The position numbers were made by a program, and so were the translations under genes. DNA of 32,000 nt, taken from positions 210,001 through 242,000 of the forward strand of contig CP188087.1 in assembly GCA_049942775.1 (NCBI GenBank), read 5' to 3'. The DNA is from Candidatus Saccharimonadota bacterium (GTDB taxonomy: Bacteria; Pseudomonadota; Gammaproteobacteria; Enterobacterales; Enterobacteriaceae). A model generated the notes under the pieces. The model saw nothing but the letters and a program-made list of their open reading frames with translations, was not told the DNA's origin and ran no database searches. This document shows positions 1 to 10,029 of the stretch, in pieces (within the stretch, counting starts at the first letter, position 1; each line of letters opens with the position of its first letter).

Positions 1-356
1 TAAGTTTTATATTTTTTTAAATTTATAAAAAAATTTTAATAAATATTGTTATAAGCATTTTGTCAATTTTTATTAAAAGATTTATAAAAATTATCATACT
101 AGTTATTGTTCAATAATATTGAATGAATTTCATGGAAAAGTATTTTTCAAATTTTTAAAAGATAAATTTAAAAAATTAGTTGAAATAATTAAATTGATAA
201 ACTAAAGAAAAAATAAATATTTTAAAAAATTTTAATTAATTTTAAAAAAAAGATATATCAAGTATTAATTTTAGTTACTTTTTAGTCTTTTAGACTAAGA
301 ATGAAATTTAGAATTTATTATTAATTTTTTTAAGTGTATAAATTAGGAATTGATTT

Positions 357-1790
357 ATGAATAAAAATGTTTTTTTTTTATGCAGCTTATTTTTTTATTT
401 TCTTTTTGTACAGGATGTTAATTCCTCAACTGTTTTAAAACATGATAAAAAAACGGAGTTAACAATACCTACTTTATCGAATGTTCTGGAAAAAGTTATG
501 CCTTCAGTAGTTAGTGTATCTGTTGAAGGATTTTATTATCCAAATAAAGGAAATGTAAATTATAAAAATAATTTAGGTTGTTTTAAAAAAAGTTTTCTTA
601 CTTGTACAAAAGAATCAAACATTGATTTTCAAAAATCAAATTTAAGTTTTAAAAACAATAAAAATCTAATAAATGAAAGTTCAGGTTTGTTTTATGCTTC
701 TGGATCAGGAGTAATTATTGATGCAAAGAATGCATATGTAGTAACTAATAGTCATGTAATAAATCATGCTAGGAAAATTGAAGTAGGATTAAATGATCAT
801 CGTTTTTATTCAGCTACATTAGTTGGAAAAGACGTTAGTTCAGATATTGCCGTACTAAAATTAAAAAATGCTGAAAATTTAGTTTCTATGAGATTATCTA
901 ATTCAGATTTGTTAAAAGTTGGTGATTATACGTTAGCTATTGGAAATCCTTATGGATTAGGAAACACTGCTACTTTAGGAATTGTTTCAGCGTTAGGTAG
1001 AAGTGGTTTACATCTTGAATATTATGAAAATTTTATTCAAACAGATGCAGCAATTAATCGTGGAAATTCAGGAGGAGCATTAGTTAATTTAAAAGGAGAA
1101 CTTATAGGTATTAATACAGCAATATTAGCTCCAGGTGGAGGTAATATTGGAATAGGTTTTTCAATTCCAAGTAATATGATTAGTAATATATCCAATCAAA
1201 TAATAAAATATGGTCATGTTAAAAGAGGAAAATTAGGAATTATAGGAACAGACTTGAATTCAGAGTTAGCTAAAATAATGAAAATTAATTCAAATAGTGG
1301 CATATTTATTAATCAAGTACTTCCTAATTCAGTAGCTGATAAATCTGGAATTAAACCCGGAGATGTAATAGTTACAATTAATGGAAAAATAATTTCTAGT
1401 TTTTCTTCGTTTCGAGCTTTGTTAGGATCTAGTCCATTGGAGAATTATATAACTTTAGGAGTTGTAGATGGGAAAAAAATAAAAAATATTACACTTAAAC
1501 TACAATACGTTAAATCTAAATTGCATATTTTTTCTGTTCGTTGCAAAATTTTAAAAGGTATTATGTTTAGTTATTTCAGTTTACAAAACAAGAATTTTAT
1601 TAAAATAAAATATATTCGTAAAAATACTCCAGCTTATTTTCATGGTTTTAAAATGAATGATATAATTTTAAATGTCAACAATTATAAAATTCATGATTTT
1701 TTAGATTTACAAAAAATATTAAATACAAATAGTTCAACATTAGTTTTTCGTATTTTTCGTTCTGGTAGAATAGTATATGTAACATTATAA
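357..1790 (+). CDS. degP: periplasmic serine endoprotease DegP/HtrA (trypsin-like protease domain plus PDZ region)
   Basis: 477-aa ORF with a hydrophobic signal-like N-terminus. Catalytic triad contexts are TNSHVI (His), SDIAVLKL (Asp) and GNSGGAL (Ser). AGGA at 345-348 lies 8 nt upstream of the ATG. Length is close to E. coli DegP. Confidence 0.93.
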   Translation: MNKNVFFLCSLFFYFLFVQDVNSSTVLKHDKKTELTIPTLSNVLEKVMPSVVSVSVEGFYYPNKGNVNYKNNLGCFKKSFLTCTKESNIDFQKSNLSFKNNKNLINESSGLFYASGSGVIIDAKNAYVVTNSHVINHARKIEVGLNDHRFYSATLVGKDVSSDIAVLKLKNAENLVSMRLSNSDLLKVGDYTLAIGNPYGLGNTATLGIVSALGRSGLHLEYYENFIQTDAAINRGNSGGALVNLKGELIGINTAILAPGGGNIGIGFSIPSNMISNISNQIIKYGHVKRGKLGIIGTDLNSELAKIMKINSNSGIFINQVLPNSVADKSGIKPGDVIVTINGKIISSFSSFRALLGSSPLENYITLGVVDGKKIKNITLKLQYVKSKLHIFSVRCKILKGIMFSYFSLQNKNFIKIKYIRKNTPAYFHGFKMNDIILNVNNYKIHDFLDLQKILNTNSSTLVFRIFRSGRIVYVTL

Positions 1791-1819
1791 AATTTGCTTG
1801 TTTGTTTTTATAATAAACT

Positions 1820-1872
1820 TCTAGTCCGTTTTATAAATTATGAATAATAATCGGACTAGATCATATTTTTTT
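1820..1872. terminator. hairpin between convergent degP and dapD, a candidate bidirectional intrinsic terminator
   Basis: Perfect 9-bp stem tctagtccg (1820-1828) / cggactaga (1852-1860) containing G/C pairs, unusual in this AT-rich background. A T-run follows (tcatattttttt, to 1872). The 23-nt loop is long for a classical terminator. Confidence 0.45.
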
Positions 1873-1884
1873 AAATTAATTGTT

Positions 1885-2706
1885 TTATTCTATTTCTCTT
1901 AATAGCTGATTTATTTGTACTTTACTTAGAGTTTTATCATTTACATTTTTTACTATTATAGCACAATATAAATTGTGGCTTTTATCTTTTGAAGGTAAGC
2001 TACCAGCAACAACTACTGATTTTTTTGGAATTTTTCCATAAGAAATTTTTCCAGTTTCTCGGTTATAGATTTTTGTGCTTTTTCCAATAAATACTCCCAT
2101 AGAAATTACAGATCCTTCTTCTACAATTACTCCTTCTACAATTTCAGATCTAGCTCCGATAAAACAATTATCTTCAATTATTGTTGGATTTTCTTGCATT
2201 GGTTCTAGTACTCCTCCAATACCAACTCCTCCAGAAATATGTACATTTTTTCCTATTTGTGCACAAGAACCAATTGTTGACCAAGTATCTATCATAGTAT
2301 TTTTATCTATATATGCTCCAATATTAACAAATGAAGGCATAAGAATAGTATTTTTCTTTATACAAGCTCCAAAACGAACTGTTGCTGTTGGAGTTAATCT
2401 GATGTTTTCTTTTTTAAATTTATCATAGGTATATTGAGAATATTTTAAGGGTGTTTTATCGAAGTAAGGATTACTAGAATTTTTAATTATTTTATTTTTA
2501 TTTAAGTATAATGAAAGTAATATTGTTTTTTTGAGCCATTGATGAGTTATCCATGTTTGTTGTATTTTTTCACATATTCGTAATTTTCCTTCATTTAATA
2601 ATGATAAAATTTCATTTACTATTTTTAATAGTTCTTCGTTATCTTTTCTTTTTTTTAAATTTTCTTTTTGTTCAAATGCTTTTTCAATGATTGTTTTATA
2701 GTTCAT
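1885..2706 (-). CDS. dapD: 2,3,4,5-tetrahydropyridine-2,6-dicarboxylate N-succinyltransferase (lysine biosynthesis)
   Basis: 273-aa ORF collinear with E. coli DapD (274 aa). Long identical stretches include [45 protein letters not shown] and [16 protein letters not shown]. Confidence 0.96.
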   Translation of the reverse strand: MNYKTIIEKAFEQKENLKKRKDNEELLKIVNEILSLLNEGKLRICEKIQQTWITHQWLKKTILLSLYLNKNKIIKNSSNPYFDKTPLKYSQYTYDKFKKENIRLTPTATVRFGACIKKNTILMPSFVNIGAYIDKNTMIDTWSTIGSCAQIGKNVHISGGVGIGGVLEPMQENPTIIEDNCFIGARSEIVEGVIVEEGSVISMGVFIGKSTKIYNRETGKISYGKIPKKSVVVAGSLPSKDKSHNLYCAIIVKNVNDKTLSKVQINQLLREIE

Positions 2707-2738
2707 AAATTTTCCAACATTGTGTTAATTAAAAAAAT

Positions 2739-3530
2739 TTACTTATTATTAAATTCATAAGGTATTGTTTCTGTTTTTCTTTTTGTAAGAATTTTACATC
2801 CATTTTTTGTTACTAAAATTGTATGTTCATATTGTGCGGATAAACTTCTATCTTGTGTTTTTACTGTCCAGTTATCTTTCATTAGTTTTACATATGATTG
2901 TCCTACATTTATCATTGGTTCAATTGTAAAAATCATATTTTCTTGTAACGGTTCATTTTGATTTTTATTATAGTAATGTAATATTTGTGGTTCTTCGTGA
3001 AAATTTTTTCCTATCCCGTGACCACAATATTCTTTTACAATTGAAAATCCGTTTTTTTTAGTTTCTTTTTCTATAGTTTTTCCAATAATATTGATTGGTA
3101 CCCCTGGTTTTATTTTGTTAAAGGTTAGATATAAACTTTTTTTAGTAGTTTGACATAATTTTTTTGCAGTTTTGTTAATTTTCCCAATTGCAAACATTTT
3201 TGATGTATCTCCATAATATCCATTTTTTAATATAGTAACATCAACATTTACTATATCTCCGTCTTTTAGATGTTGTTTTTTATTTGGTATTCCATGGCAT
3301 ACTACATCATTAACAGATATACATATTGATTTTGGATAACCTAAATAACCTAAACAAGCAGGTATTGCATTTTGTTTTTCAGTAATATATTCATGACAAA
3401 TTTTATTTATTTTTTCTAAACTAACATTTTCTATCATGTATTCTGTAATCATATCTAAAACTTCACTTGCTAATTTACTAGAAATTTTTATTTTTTCAAT
3501 TTCTTCTTTATTTTTAATATGTATTTTCAT
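2739..3530 (-). CDS. map: methionine aminopeptidase type I
   Basis: 263-aa ORF with MetAP-I motifs: VCHGIP, DIVNVDVT (metal Asp), GHGIG, FTIEPM, YEHT. Confidence 0.95.
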   Translation of the reverse strand: MKIHIKNKEEIEKIKISSKLASEVLDMITEYMIENVSLEKINKICHEYITEKQNAIPACLGYLGYPKSICISVNDVVCHGIPNKKQHLKDGDIVNVDVTILKNGYYGDTSKMFAIGKINKTAKKLCQTTKKSLYLTFNKIKPGVPINIIGKTIEKETKKNGFSIVKEYCGHGIGKNFHEEPQILHYYNKNQNEPLQENMIFTIEPMINVGQSYVKLMKDNWTVKTQDRSLSAQYEHTILVTKNGCKILTKRKTETIPYEFNNK

Positions 3531-3721
3531 TGTTTTGGATTATATTTAAATATAAAATTATTTAATTTTATTTAAATTTATTGATTAAATAAATTTAAAT
3601 TAACTATTAGTATCAAAAATATTTACATATAATTGTATATTAATCAATATTAATAGGTATTATTTCAATGTAAATATTTATTCTTATAAAAAAACTTTTG
3701 TTTTCTAATTTTGGAGTGATT

Positions 3722-4429
3722 ATGTTGATGTTATCCATGAAAGATATGATTAAAGCGGGGGTTCATTTTGGACACCAAACTAGATATTGGAATCCTAAAA
3801 TGAAACCTTTTATTTACGGTACGAGAAATAAAGTACACATAATTAATCTTGAAAAAACGTTACCAATGTTCCATTTAGCAATATTAGAATTAAAAAAAAT
3901 ATTTCTAAAAAGTGGAAAAATTTTATTTGTTGGAACTAAAAAAGCTGCTAGTAAAATTGTTAAAAGTGCAGCAATAAAAATGAATCAATATTATGTAAAT
4001 CAACGTTGGTTAGGTGGAATGTTAACAAATTGGAAAACTGTTCGTCAGTCAATTAATCGTTTAAAAAATTTAGAACTGCAATCGACGGATGGTACTTTTA
4101 AAAAATTAACTAAAAAAGAAGCGTTATTGAGAAAAAGAGAACTTGAAAAATTAGAAAATAGTTTAGGAGGAATTAAAAATATTGGTGGATTACCAGATGC
4201 ATTATTTATAATAGATGCAGAATATGAAAATATTGCTGTTAAAGAAGCGAATAATCTAGGAATTCCTGTTTTTTCTATAGTAGATACTAATTCTAATCCA
4301 GATGGGATAGATTTTGTTATTCCTGGAAATGATGATTCCATTCGTTCTATAGATTTATATTTATCAACAATATTTAATTTCATTAATAAAAACGTTAATT
4401 TAAATAAATTTAAAAATCAAATTCAATGA
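3722..4429 (+). CDS. rpsB: 30S ribosomal protein S2
   Basis: [26 protein letters not shown] is nearly identical to the E. coli S2 N-terminus. The ORF track opens at TTG 3698, but ATG 3722 is preceded by GGAG (3713-3716) at canonical spacing and matches the homologue length. Confidence 0.93.
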   Translation: MLMLSMKDMIKAGVHFGHQTRYWNPKMKPFIYGTRNKVHIINLEKTLPMFHLAILELKKIFLKSGKILFVGTKKAASKIVKSAAIKMNQYYVNQRWLGGMLTNWKTVRQSINRLKNLELQSTDGTFKKLTKKEALLRKRELEKLENSLGGIKNIGGLPDALFIIDAEYENIAVKEANNLGIPVFSIVDTNSNPDGIDFVIPGNDDSIRSIDLYLSTIFNFINKNVNLNKFKNQIQ

Positions 4430-4476
4430 TTAGATATTTTTTTTAAAATATTTTTTTATAATAAAGGGTTTTAGTT

Positions 4477-5280
4477 ATGGTTATTAAAAATTTATTGCAA
4501 TTAATTAAAGATCTAAGAAATAAAACAGGGGCAGGATTAGTAGAATGTAAAAAATCATTATTACTATTTAATGGAAATACAGAACTAGCTATAGATCATT
4601 TAAGAAAATTAGGTATAGATCGTTCTTTAAATAAAATTTCTAATTTATCATTAGAGGGATCTATTTTTTTATATAAAAAAAAAAATATTTCTAGTATTTT
4701 AGAAATGAATTGTGAAACAGATTTTGTATCTAAAAATCAACTTTTTATTAATTTCGGAAATTTAATTGTAAAAACAGCAGTACTGGAAAATGTAAAAGAT
4801 CTTAATCAAATACAAAAAAAGTTTGAAAGTTTACGACTAGAACTAATTTCTAAATTTTCTGAAAATATTTTATTTCGTAGATTTTTTTTATTAGAAGGAT
4901 CTAATGTTCAAGATTATTTACATTTAAATCGTATAGGAGTATTAGTTGATTTTAAAAAATGTAATAAAGAACGATTAGGTAAAAAAATTGCAATGCACAT
5001 TGCAGCTAGCAAACCTAAATTTTTATCTAAAAATAGTGTTCCTATTGATATATTTGAAAGAGAAAGAAAAATTCAATTTAATTTAGCAAACTCTTTAGGA
5101 AAATCTATGGAAATTACTAATAAAATAGTTTCTGGAAGAATGGAAAAATTTTTTGAAGAAATTGTTTTATTAGAACAAAATTTTATTTTTGATAATAAAA
5201 TTACTGTAAATAATTATTTAAAAAAAAATGATAGTGCAATAAGTTCTTTTATTAGATTTGAAGTTGGAAACGATTATTAA
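4477..5280 (+). CDS. tsf: translation elongation factor Ts
   Basis: 267-aa ORF. N-terminal LIKDLRNKTGAGLVECKKSL matches the EF-Ts UBA-like region, and the gene sits directly downstream of rpsB as in enterobacteria. It contains an in-frame A11 run (4675-4685). Confidence 0.93.
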   Translation: MVIKNLLQLIKDLRNKTGAGLVECKKSLLLFNGNTELAIDHLRKLGIDRSLNKISNLSLEGSIFLYKKKNISSILEMNCETDFVSKNQLFINFGNLIVKTAVLENVKDLNQIQKKFESLRLELISKFSENILFRRFFLLEGSNVQDYLHLNRIGVLVDFKKCNKERLGKKIAMHIAASKPKFLSKNSVPIDIFERERKIQFNLANSLGKSMEITNKIVSGRMEKFFEEIVLLEQNFIFDNKITVNNYLKKNDSAISSFIRFEVGNDY

Positions 5281-5371
5281 AGTAGAAAAATTTTTTATAT
5301 TTTATAAATCTCTGTAAATTAAACAAGAATGTGTTAAAAAATATTTTTATATACTTGGAATCATAAAAGAT

Positions 5372-6103
5372 ATGAGTATTGGACGAAAGAAACCTATATA
5401 TAATCGTATTTTACTTAAAATTAGTGGTCAATCGTTTCAAAAAAAGAACACAAATATTTTTGGAATTGATGTTCTTTCTGTCGAAAGAATAGCGAAAGAA
5501 ATTAAAGTTTTATTAGAATATGGTATAGAAATAGGAGTTTTATTTGGAGGAGGCAATTTATTTAGAGGTTGTAATTTAAAAAAACAAGGATTTAGTAATG
5601 TGGTATCTGATCAAATAGGAATATTATCTACAGTCGTTAATAGTTTAGCTTTTAAAGATGTTATTCAAAAATTATCGGTTAAAACTTGCTTAATGAGTTC
5701 TATTCCAATTGGGAATATGACAGAAATTTATAATTATGAAAAAGCTATGGACTTATTATCTAATAAATATGTAGTAATTTTTTCAGCAGGAATTGGAAAT
5801 CCATTTTTTTCTACGGATGTAGCAGCTTGCTTACGTAGTATTGAAATTCAAGCTGATGTAGTTTTAAAAGGTACTAGAGTAAATGGAATTTATGATTATG
5901 ATCCTGAAAAATATTCAAAAACTAAAATGTATAAAATGTTAAGTTATGATTTTGTATTAAAAAAAGAATTAAAAATTATGGATGTGTCAGCTGTTGTTTT
6001 AGCGAGAGATTATAAAGTTCCTATTAGGGTTTTTAATATAAATAAAACAGGTTCTTTGAAGAAAGTAATTTTTGGAAAAAAAGAAGGTACTATAGTTATG
6101 TAA
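5372..6103 (+). CDS. pyrH: uridylate (UMP) kinase
   Basis: 243-aa ORF with YNRILLKISG, GGGNLFRG, GNPFFSTD and PIRVFN motifs, collinear with E. coli PyrH. Confidence 0.95.
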   Translation: MSIGRKKPIYNRILLKISGQSFQKKNTNIFGIDVLSVERIAKEIKVLLEYGIEIGVLFGGGNLFRGCNLKKQGFSNVVSDQIGILSTVVNSLAFKDVIQKLSVKTCLMSSIPIGNMTEIYNYEKAMDLLSNKYVVIFSAGIGNPFFSTDVAACLRSIEIQADVVLKGTRVNGIYDYDPEKYSKTKMYKMLSYDFVLKKELKIMDVSAVVLARDYKVPIRVFNINKTGSLKKVIFGKKEGTIVM

Positions 6104-6158
6104 TGTTTTTTTATTTGCTTTTAAAATGTTTTTTATATATGAATAGGTTGGTATAACT

Positions 6159-6716
6159 ATGTTAGTCAATTTTCAACAAAATGCTGACAATCGAATGGAT
6201 CAAGCAATTGAGTTTTTAAAAATTAGTATTTCTAAAATAAGAACAGGACGAGCATCTCCAAAAATATTGGAAAATATTTTTGTTGAATATTTTGGTATTA
6301 AAACTCCTTTAAGAAAAATAGCAAATATTATTGTAGAAGATTTTTCAACATTAAAAATAAATGTTTTTGACAGTAACATATTAGATAAAGTCCAACAATC
6401 GATTATTAGTTCTAATTTAGGATTGAATCCAATTAAATTTGCTAATTTTATTCGAATAAAATTTCCTTCTTTAACGGAAGATCGCAGAAAAAGTTTGGTT
6501 AAATTAGTTCGTTCTGAAATTGAATTGAGTAAAGTATCCATTCGTTCTATTCGTCGTGATTGCAAAGAAAAATTAAAAACTTTTGTAAAAAAAAATATAA
6601 TTAATAAAGATACAGAACGTGTTTACAATAAAGAAATTCAAAGAATTACTGATATTCATATAAAAAAGATTGACGAAATTGCATCTTTAAAAGAAAAGGA
6701 ATTATTGAAATTTTAA
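6159..6716 (+). CDS. frr: ribosome recycling factor
   Basis: 185-aa ORF, the same length as E. coli RRF. Motifs include KIRTGRASP, PSLTEDRRK and IRSIRRD, with conserved position after pyrH. Confidence 0.94.
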   Translation: MLVNFQQNADNRMDQAIEFLKISISKIRTGRASPKILENIFVEYFGIKTPLRKIANIIVEDFSTLKINVFDSNILDKVQQSIISSNLGLNPIKFANFIRIKFPSLTEDRRKSLVKLVRSEIELSKVSIRSIRRDCKEKLKTFVKKNIINKDTERVYNKEIQRITDIHIKKIDEIASLKEKELLKF

Positions 6717-7530
6717 CTTTTTATTAACCTAATTTTTAGTTTCTTATGTTTAAAAATAGATGTTTTTTTTAACATGAAAAAAAAACTTTTAATTAATATT
6801 CATTAATTGTATTTTTCTTTCATGGTAGATGGTTTTATCTGTAATTTTATAAAATATTTAATTTTAAGTAATTTTTTTATTTTAAGAAATGGAGTTATAA
6901 ATACGGATGTAATTATCTAACCATGAAAGAAATTATTACATTGATATTAAATCTGATATTAAAGATATTTAAAGAAAATTCTTTTTAATAAAATATTTTT
7001 CATTAAGTACATAGATATCTTCATATATAGTTATTAAAATAATTTTATTCATTTAAAAAAGAGCTATTATTTTTTAGAAATTATTTTGAAAAATACACTT
7101 TTGTAATTTTAAAAAAAATGAAATAAAATTCAATATAAAAAAAATGTCCAATAAAGTTTATAGAATATATTTTATTATTTTTTTTGTATTACAAATAATT
7201 TCAAATTTATTTTTTTGAATAAAGTATTTAAATATTTTAAAAATTACCTATAGGAGTACTTTAGTAGAAATATAAATAATGTTATTAAAGATAAATAAGA
7301 GTAAAAAAAATTTTTTTGTTACTTATGAAAGTTATTTTAAATAATTAGTGTTTTTTTGTTTGAAAAGATATTTTTTAGTGTATTTTTTTTATTGTTTTTT
7401 TATCAATTTTTATAAATTTATTTATAGATAAATATTTAGTTAAATTTAAATTAATTAAGTTGTTTTTTTTTAATTTTTTTAGAATTTTAGAAAAAGATAA
7501 TATTTTTTGATTATATAGAAGAATGTAAAA
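6717..7530. other. ORF-free 814-bp spacer at the ancestral dxr-uppS-cdsA-rseP position (probable eroded gene remnants)
   Basis: No ORF on either strand in the supplied track. The longest ATG ORFs I can read are 10 codons (6774-6806) and 32 codons (6822-6920). This is the largest non-coding stretch in the window. Confidence 0.55.
6762..6790 (+). terminator. weak A/T hairpin downstream of frr (possible intrinsic terminator)
   Basis: G + T8 (6762-6770), loop aacatg, then A9 + C (6777-6786), followed by TTTT (6787-6790), about 46 nt after the frr stop. The stem is almost all A:T, so stability is low. Confidence 0.25.
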
Positions 7531-9975
7531 ATGATTATAAGAAAGATATTTTTTTTTGTTTTTGTGTGTTTATTCATTGGAATGGTTCAAATAAAAAAAA
7601 CAAGTTTGGAAAAAAAAGAAATTCACTACAAAGGATTAAATCGTATACCAATTAGTATAATTTCAAGAGTTAGTGAATTAAATTCTAATTATTTAAGTTC
7701 TAAAACTAGAGTTAAAAAGTTTTTAAGAAAATTATTATTAACTAATAATTTCTCTAAAATAGTTATGGAAAAACATAACAATTCTTTGGTTTTAAATGTT
7801 GTAGAACGACCTATATTGTCAAATATAGAGATAGTTGATGAAATGAATAACAAAAAAAATTTTGAAAAGATATTAAAATATCTCAAAATAGAAAAAGGAA
7901 AACTTTTAGATATTACGAAAATAGATCTTTTAAAAAAAAAAATAAAAAATGGATTTTTTAAAATTGGTAAATTTGAAAATACTATTAATATATCTTCATT
8001 TTTAAATAAAAAATCGAATAAAGTTAATTTAAAAATCAACATAAAACCAGGAAAATTTTATACATTACAAAATTTTAGAATTATAGGTTGTAAGAAAATC
8101 TCAAAAAATAAAATAACGTCAATTTTATCAATGAACAAACAATCATCCTTTTGGAATTTTTTTAGAGATCATCGTTTTTATCCAAAACAATTAACAAAAA
8201 ATTTTAAAAAATTGAGAAATTATTATTTATCTTTAGGATTTTTGAATTTTTCCATTAAACATGTCAAAATTAGAATTTTTAAAAAAAATAAAACTATAGA
8301 TGTTTTTATTAATATTAATGAAGGAAAACAATATTTTTTAAAAAAAATATTAATAGAAGGAAACGTTTTAAACGATTCATTTAAAAAAGAACAAGAAAAA
8401 TATATTTCTTTAAATTCTTTATTGGATTTTACTTGTTTAGAAAAATTTAAAAAAACCATTCTTAAAAAATACTATAAGTATGGTTATGAACAAGCTCACG
8501 CATCCATTTGTCCAATTTTTAACAAAAAAACTAAAACAGTTGAAGTACATATTAGCATAAACCCAGAAAAGCGTTATTTTGTACATAGAATATATTTTAA
8601 AGGAAATAAATATACAAAAGATTCAATATTAAGAAATCAAATTGATATTTTAGAAGGTGACATATTTAGAAGAAAGAACTTCTACAATTCAATTACAAAA
8701 CTAAAGGAAACTCAGTTTTTTAAAGATGTTAATGTAAGATACAGAATATTGTCAGGTAATAAATCTAATCAAGTTGACTTAATTTATGTCATAAAAGAAA
8801 AAAATACTGGTTTGTTAAATTTTAGTTCTGGATATGGAATGGAAACTGGTGTTAGTTTAAATTTATCAATGTCTCAGAAAAATTGGTTAGGGACTGGTAC
8901 AGAATATAGAATAGATGTTTCTAGTAATGATAATGAAATATATGGAGATTTGTCCTTGATATATCCATATTATGATTTTTATAATACAGTTCTTACTAAT
9001 CGAGTTTTTCATGATCGAGTCAAAGGAGATTATGCTGAACTATTTCGTTATACAGATGAAAGTTATGGTGTAGATTCTAATTTAAATTTTAATGTGAATG
9101 ATAAAAATGATTTGTTATTTGGTTTTAGTTATGTTCATAATGTGTTAACAGATTTAAAAAATCATATTTCTATAATGAAATATTTATCTTCTTTAAAAAG
9201 TTTTACTACAAATAGTTATAAAAATATTTATCAACAAATAGATGATTTAATTATTAATTTTAAATGGAAAAATCATAAATCTACTTCAAATCCTGATTTT
9301 TTGAACTTTGATTTTTTTAAATCTAAACATGATATGACTTTGACTGGAAAATTTACTTTACCTGGGTCAGATAATAGTTTTTATAAAATATTATTAGATG
9401 ATTATGAATCTATTTCAATTAACAGAAGAACAAATTTCAAACTTTCATTGCATTCACATTTAGGTTTTGGAGATTCTTTTTTTGGAAAAAGAGAAATGCC
9501 ATTTTATGAAAATTTTTATGCTGGTGGTTCTCATTCGGTTAGGGGTTTTATATTAAATAGTATTGGTCCGAAATCTGTTTATTATAATAAACAAAATGTT
9601 TCTTGTATCGGAATACATAGAAATAATATTTGTGAAAATGATAAATATATAGGAGGCAATGGAATGATAATTACAAATATGGATTTATTTTTTCCAAATA
9701 AATTATTTAACAGGAAAAGAACGAATCATGTTAGACCTTCTATTTTTTTAGATTCTGGAGTTGTATGGAATTCTAATTGGAAACATGATCTAGAATTAGA
9801 TTCTGCGGATTTTTTTGATTTTAGCAATCCTAATGCAATTTATATATCTAGTGGAATATCTTATAAGTGGATTTCACCCATAGGAAAAATTTCTATTTCG
9901 TATGCATGCCCGATTGGAAAATATGATTCTTCTAAAATAGAAAGATTCCAAGTTAATTTTGGTAGTTTAGAATAA
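7531..9975 (+). CDS. bamA: outer membrane protein assembly factor BamA (YaeT/Omp85)
   Basis: 814-aa ORF collinear with E. coli BamA (810 aa). Matching stretches: YFVHRIYFKGNKYTKDSILR, KEKNTGLLNFSSGYG, QKNWLGTG, LPGSDNSFYK, MPFYENFYAGGSHSVRGF. Confidence 0.95.
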   Translation: MIIRKIFFFVFVCLFIGMVQIKKTSLEKKEIHYKGLNRIPISIISRVSELNSNYLSSKTRVKKFLRKLLLTNNFSKIVMEKHNNSLVLNVVERPILSNIEIVDEMNNKKNFEKILKYLKIEKGKLLDITKIDLLKKKIKNGFFKIGKFENTINISSFLNKKSNKVNLKINIKPGKFYTLQNFRIIGCKKISKNKITSILSMNKQSSFWNFFRDHRFYPKQLTKNFKKLRNYYLSLGFLNFSIKHVKIRIFKKNKTIDVFININEGKQYFLKKILIEGNVLNDSFKKEQEKYISLNSLLDFTCLEKFKKTILKKYYKYGYEQAHASICPIFNKKTKTVEVHISINPEKRYFVHRIYFKGNKYTKDSILRNQIDILEGDIFRRKNFYNSITKLKETQFFKDVNVRYRILSGNKSNQVDLIYVIKEKNTGLLNFSSGYGMETGVSLNLSMSQKNWLGTGTEYRIDVSSNDNEIYGDLSLIYPYYDFYNTVLTNRVFHDRVKGDYAELFRYTDESYGVDSNLNFNVNDKNDLLFGFSYVHNVLTDLKNHISIMKYLSSLKSFTTNSYKNIYQQIDDLIINFKWKNHKSTSNPDFLNFDFFKSKHDMTLTGKFTLPGSDNSFYKILLDDYESISINRRTNFKLSLHSHLGFGDSFFGKREMPFYENFYAGGSHSVRGFILNSIGPKSVYYNKQNVSCIGIHRNNICENDKYIGGNGMIITNMDLFFPNKLFNRKRTNHVRPSIFLDSGVVWNSNWKHDLELDSADFFDFSNPNAIYISSGISYKWISPIGKISISYACPIGKYDSSKIERFQVNFGSLE

Positions 9976-10029
9976 GGAAATATTGTTTTTATAAATAAAT
10001 ACTAATTTTTTAAATTGCAATACAACTTT

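Noticed and set aside
282-298. Palindrome ttagtct-ttt-agactaa about 60 nt upstream of degP, considered as an operator or terminator.
   Set aside because: It has only a 7-bp stem with a 3-nt loop, no flanking T-run, and no known cognate regulator that I can justify. A nearby similar small palindrome (109-123) suggests such structures are common by chance in this composition.
2075-2428. 117-aa ORF antisense to dapD. The same class includes 4045-4383, 6200-6565, 7689-8042, 8223-8459, 12890-13096, 13466-13711, 17394-17675, 19632-19838, 23525-23734, 30057-30320 and 31362-31577.
   Set aside because: All lie entirely inside, and opposite to, strongly conserved housekeeping genes. Their low-complexity I/F/K/L/S-rich translations have no recognisable motifs. 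Long stop-free antisense frames are expected opposite AT-rich, Lys/Asn/Ile-rich coding sequence.
6774-6920. Short ORFs in the frr-bamA spacer (MKKKLLINIH, 6774-6806; 32 codons, 6822-6920), considered as small proteins or identifiable dxr/uppS fragments.
   Set aside because: They are too short and too low in information to assign. The resemblance to Dxr or UppS N-termini rests on 3-4 residues only. I report them only as context for the graveyard hypothesis.
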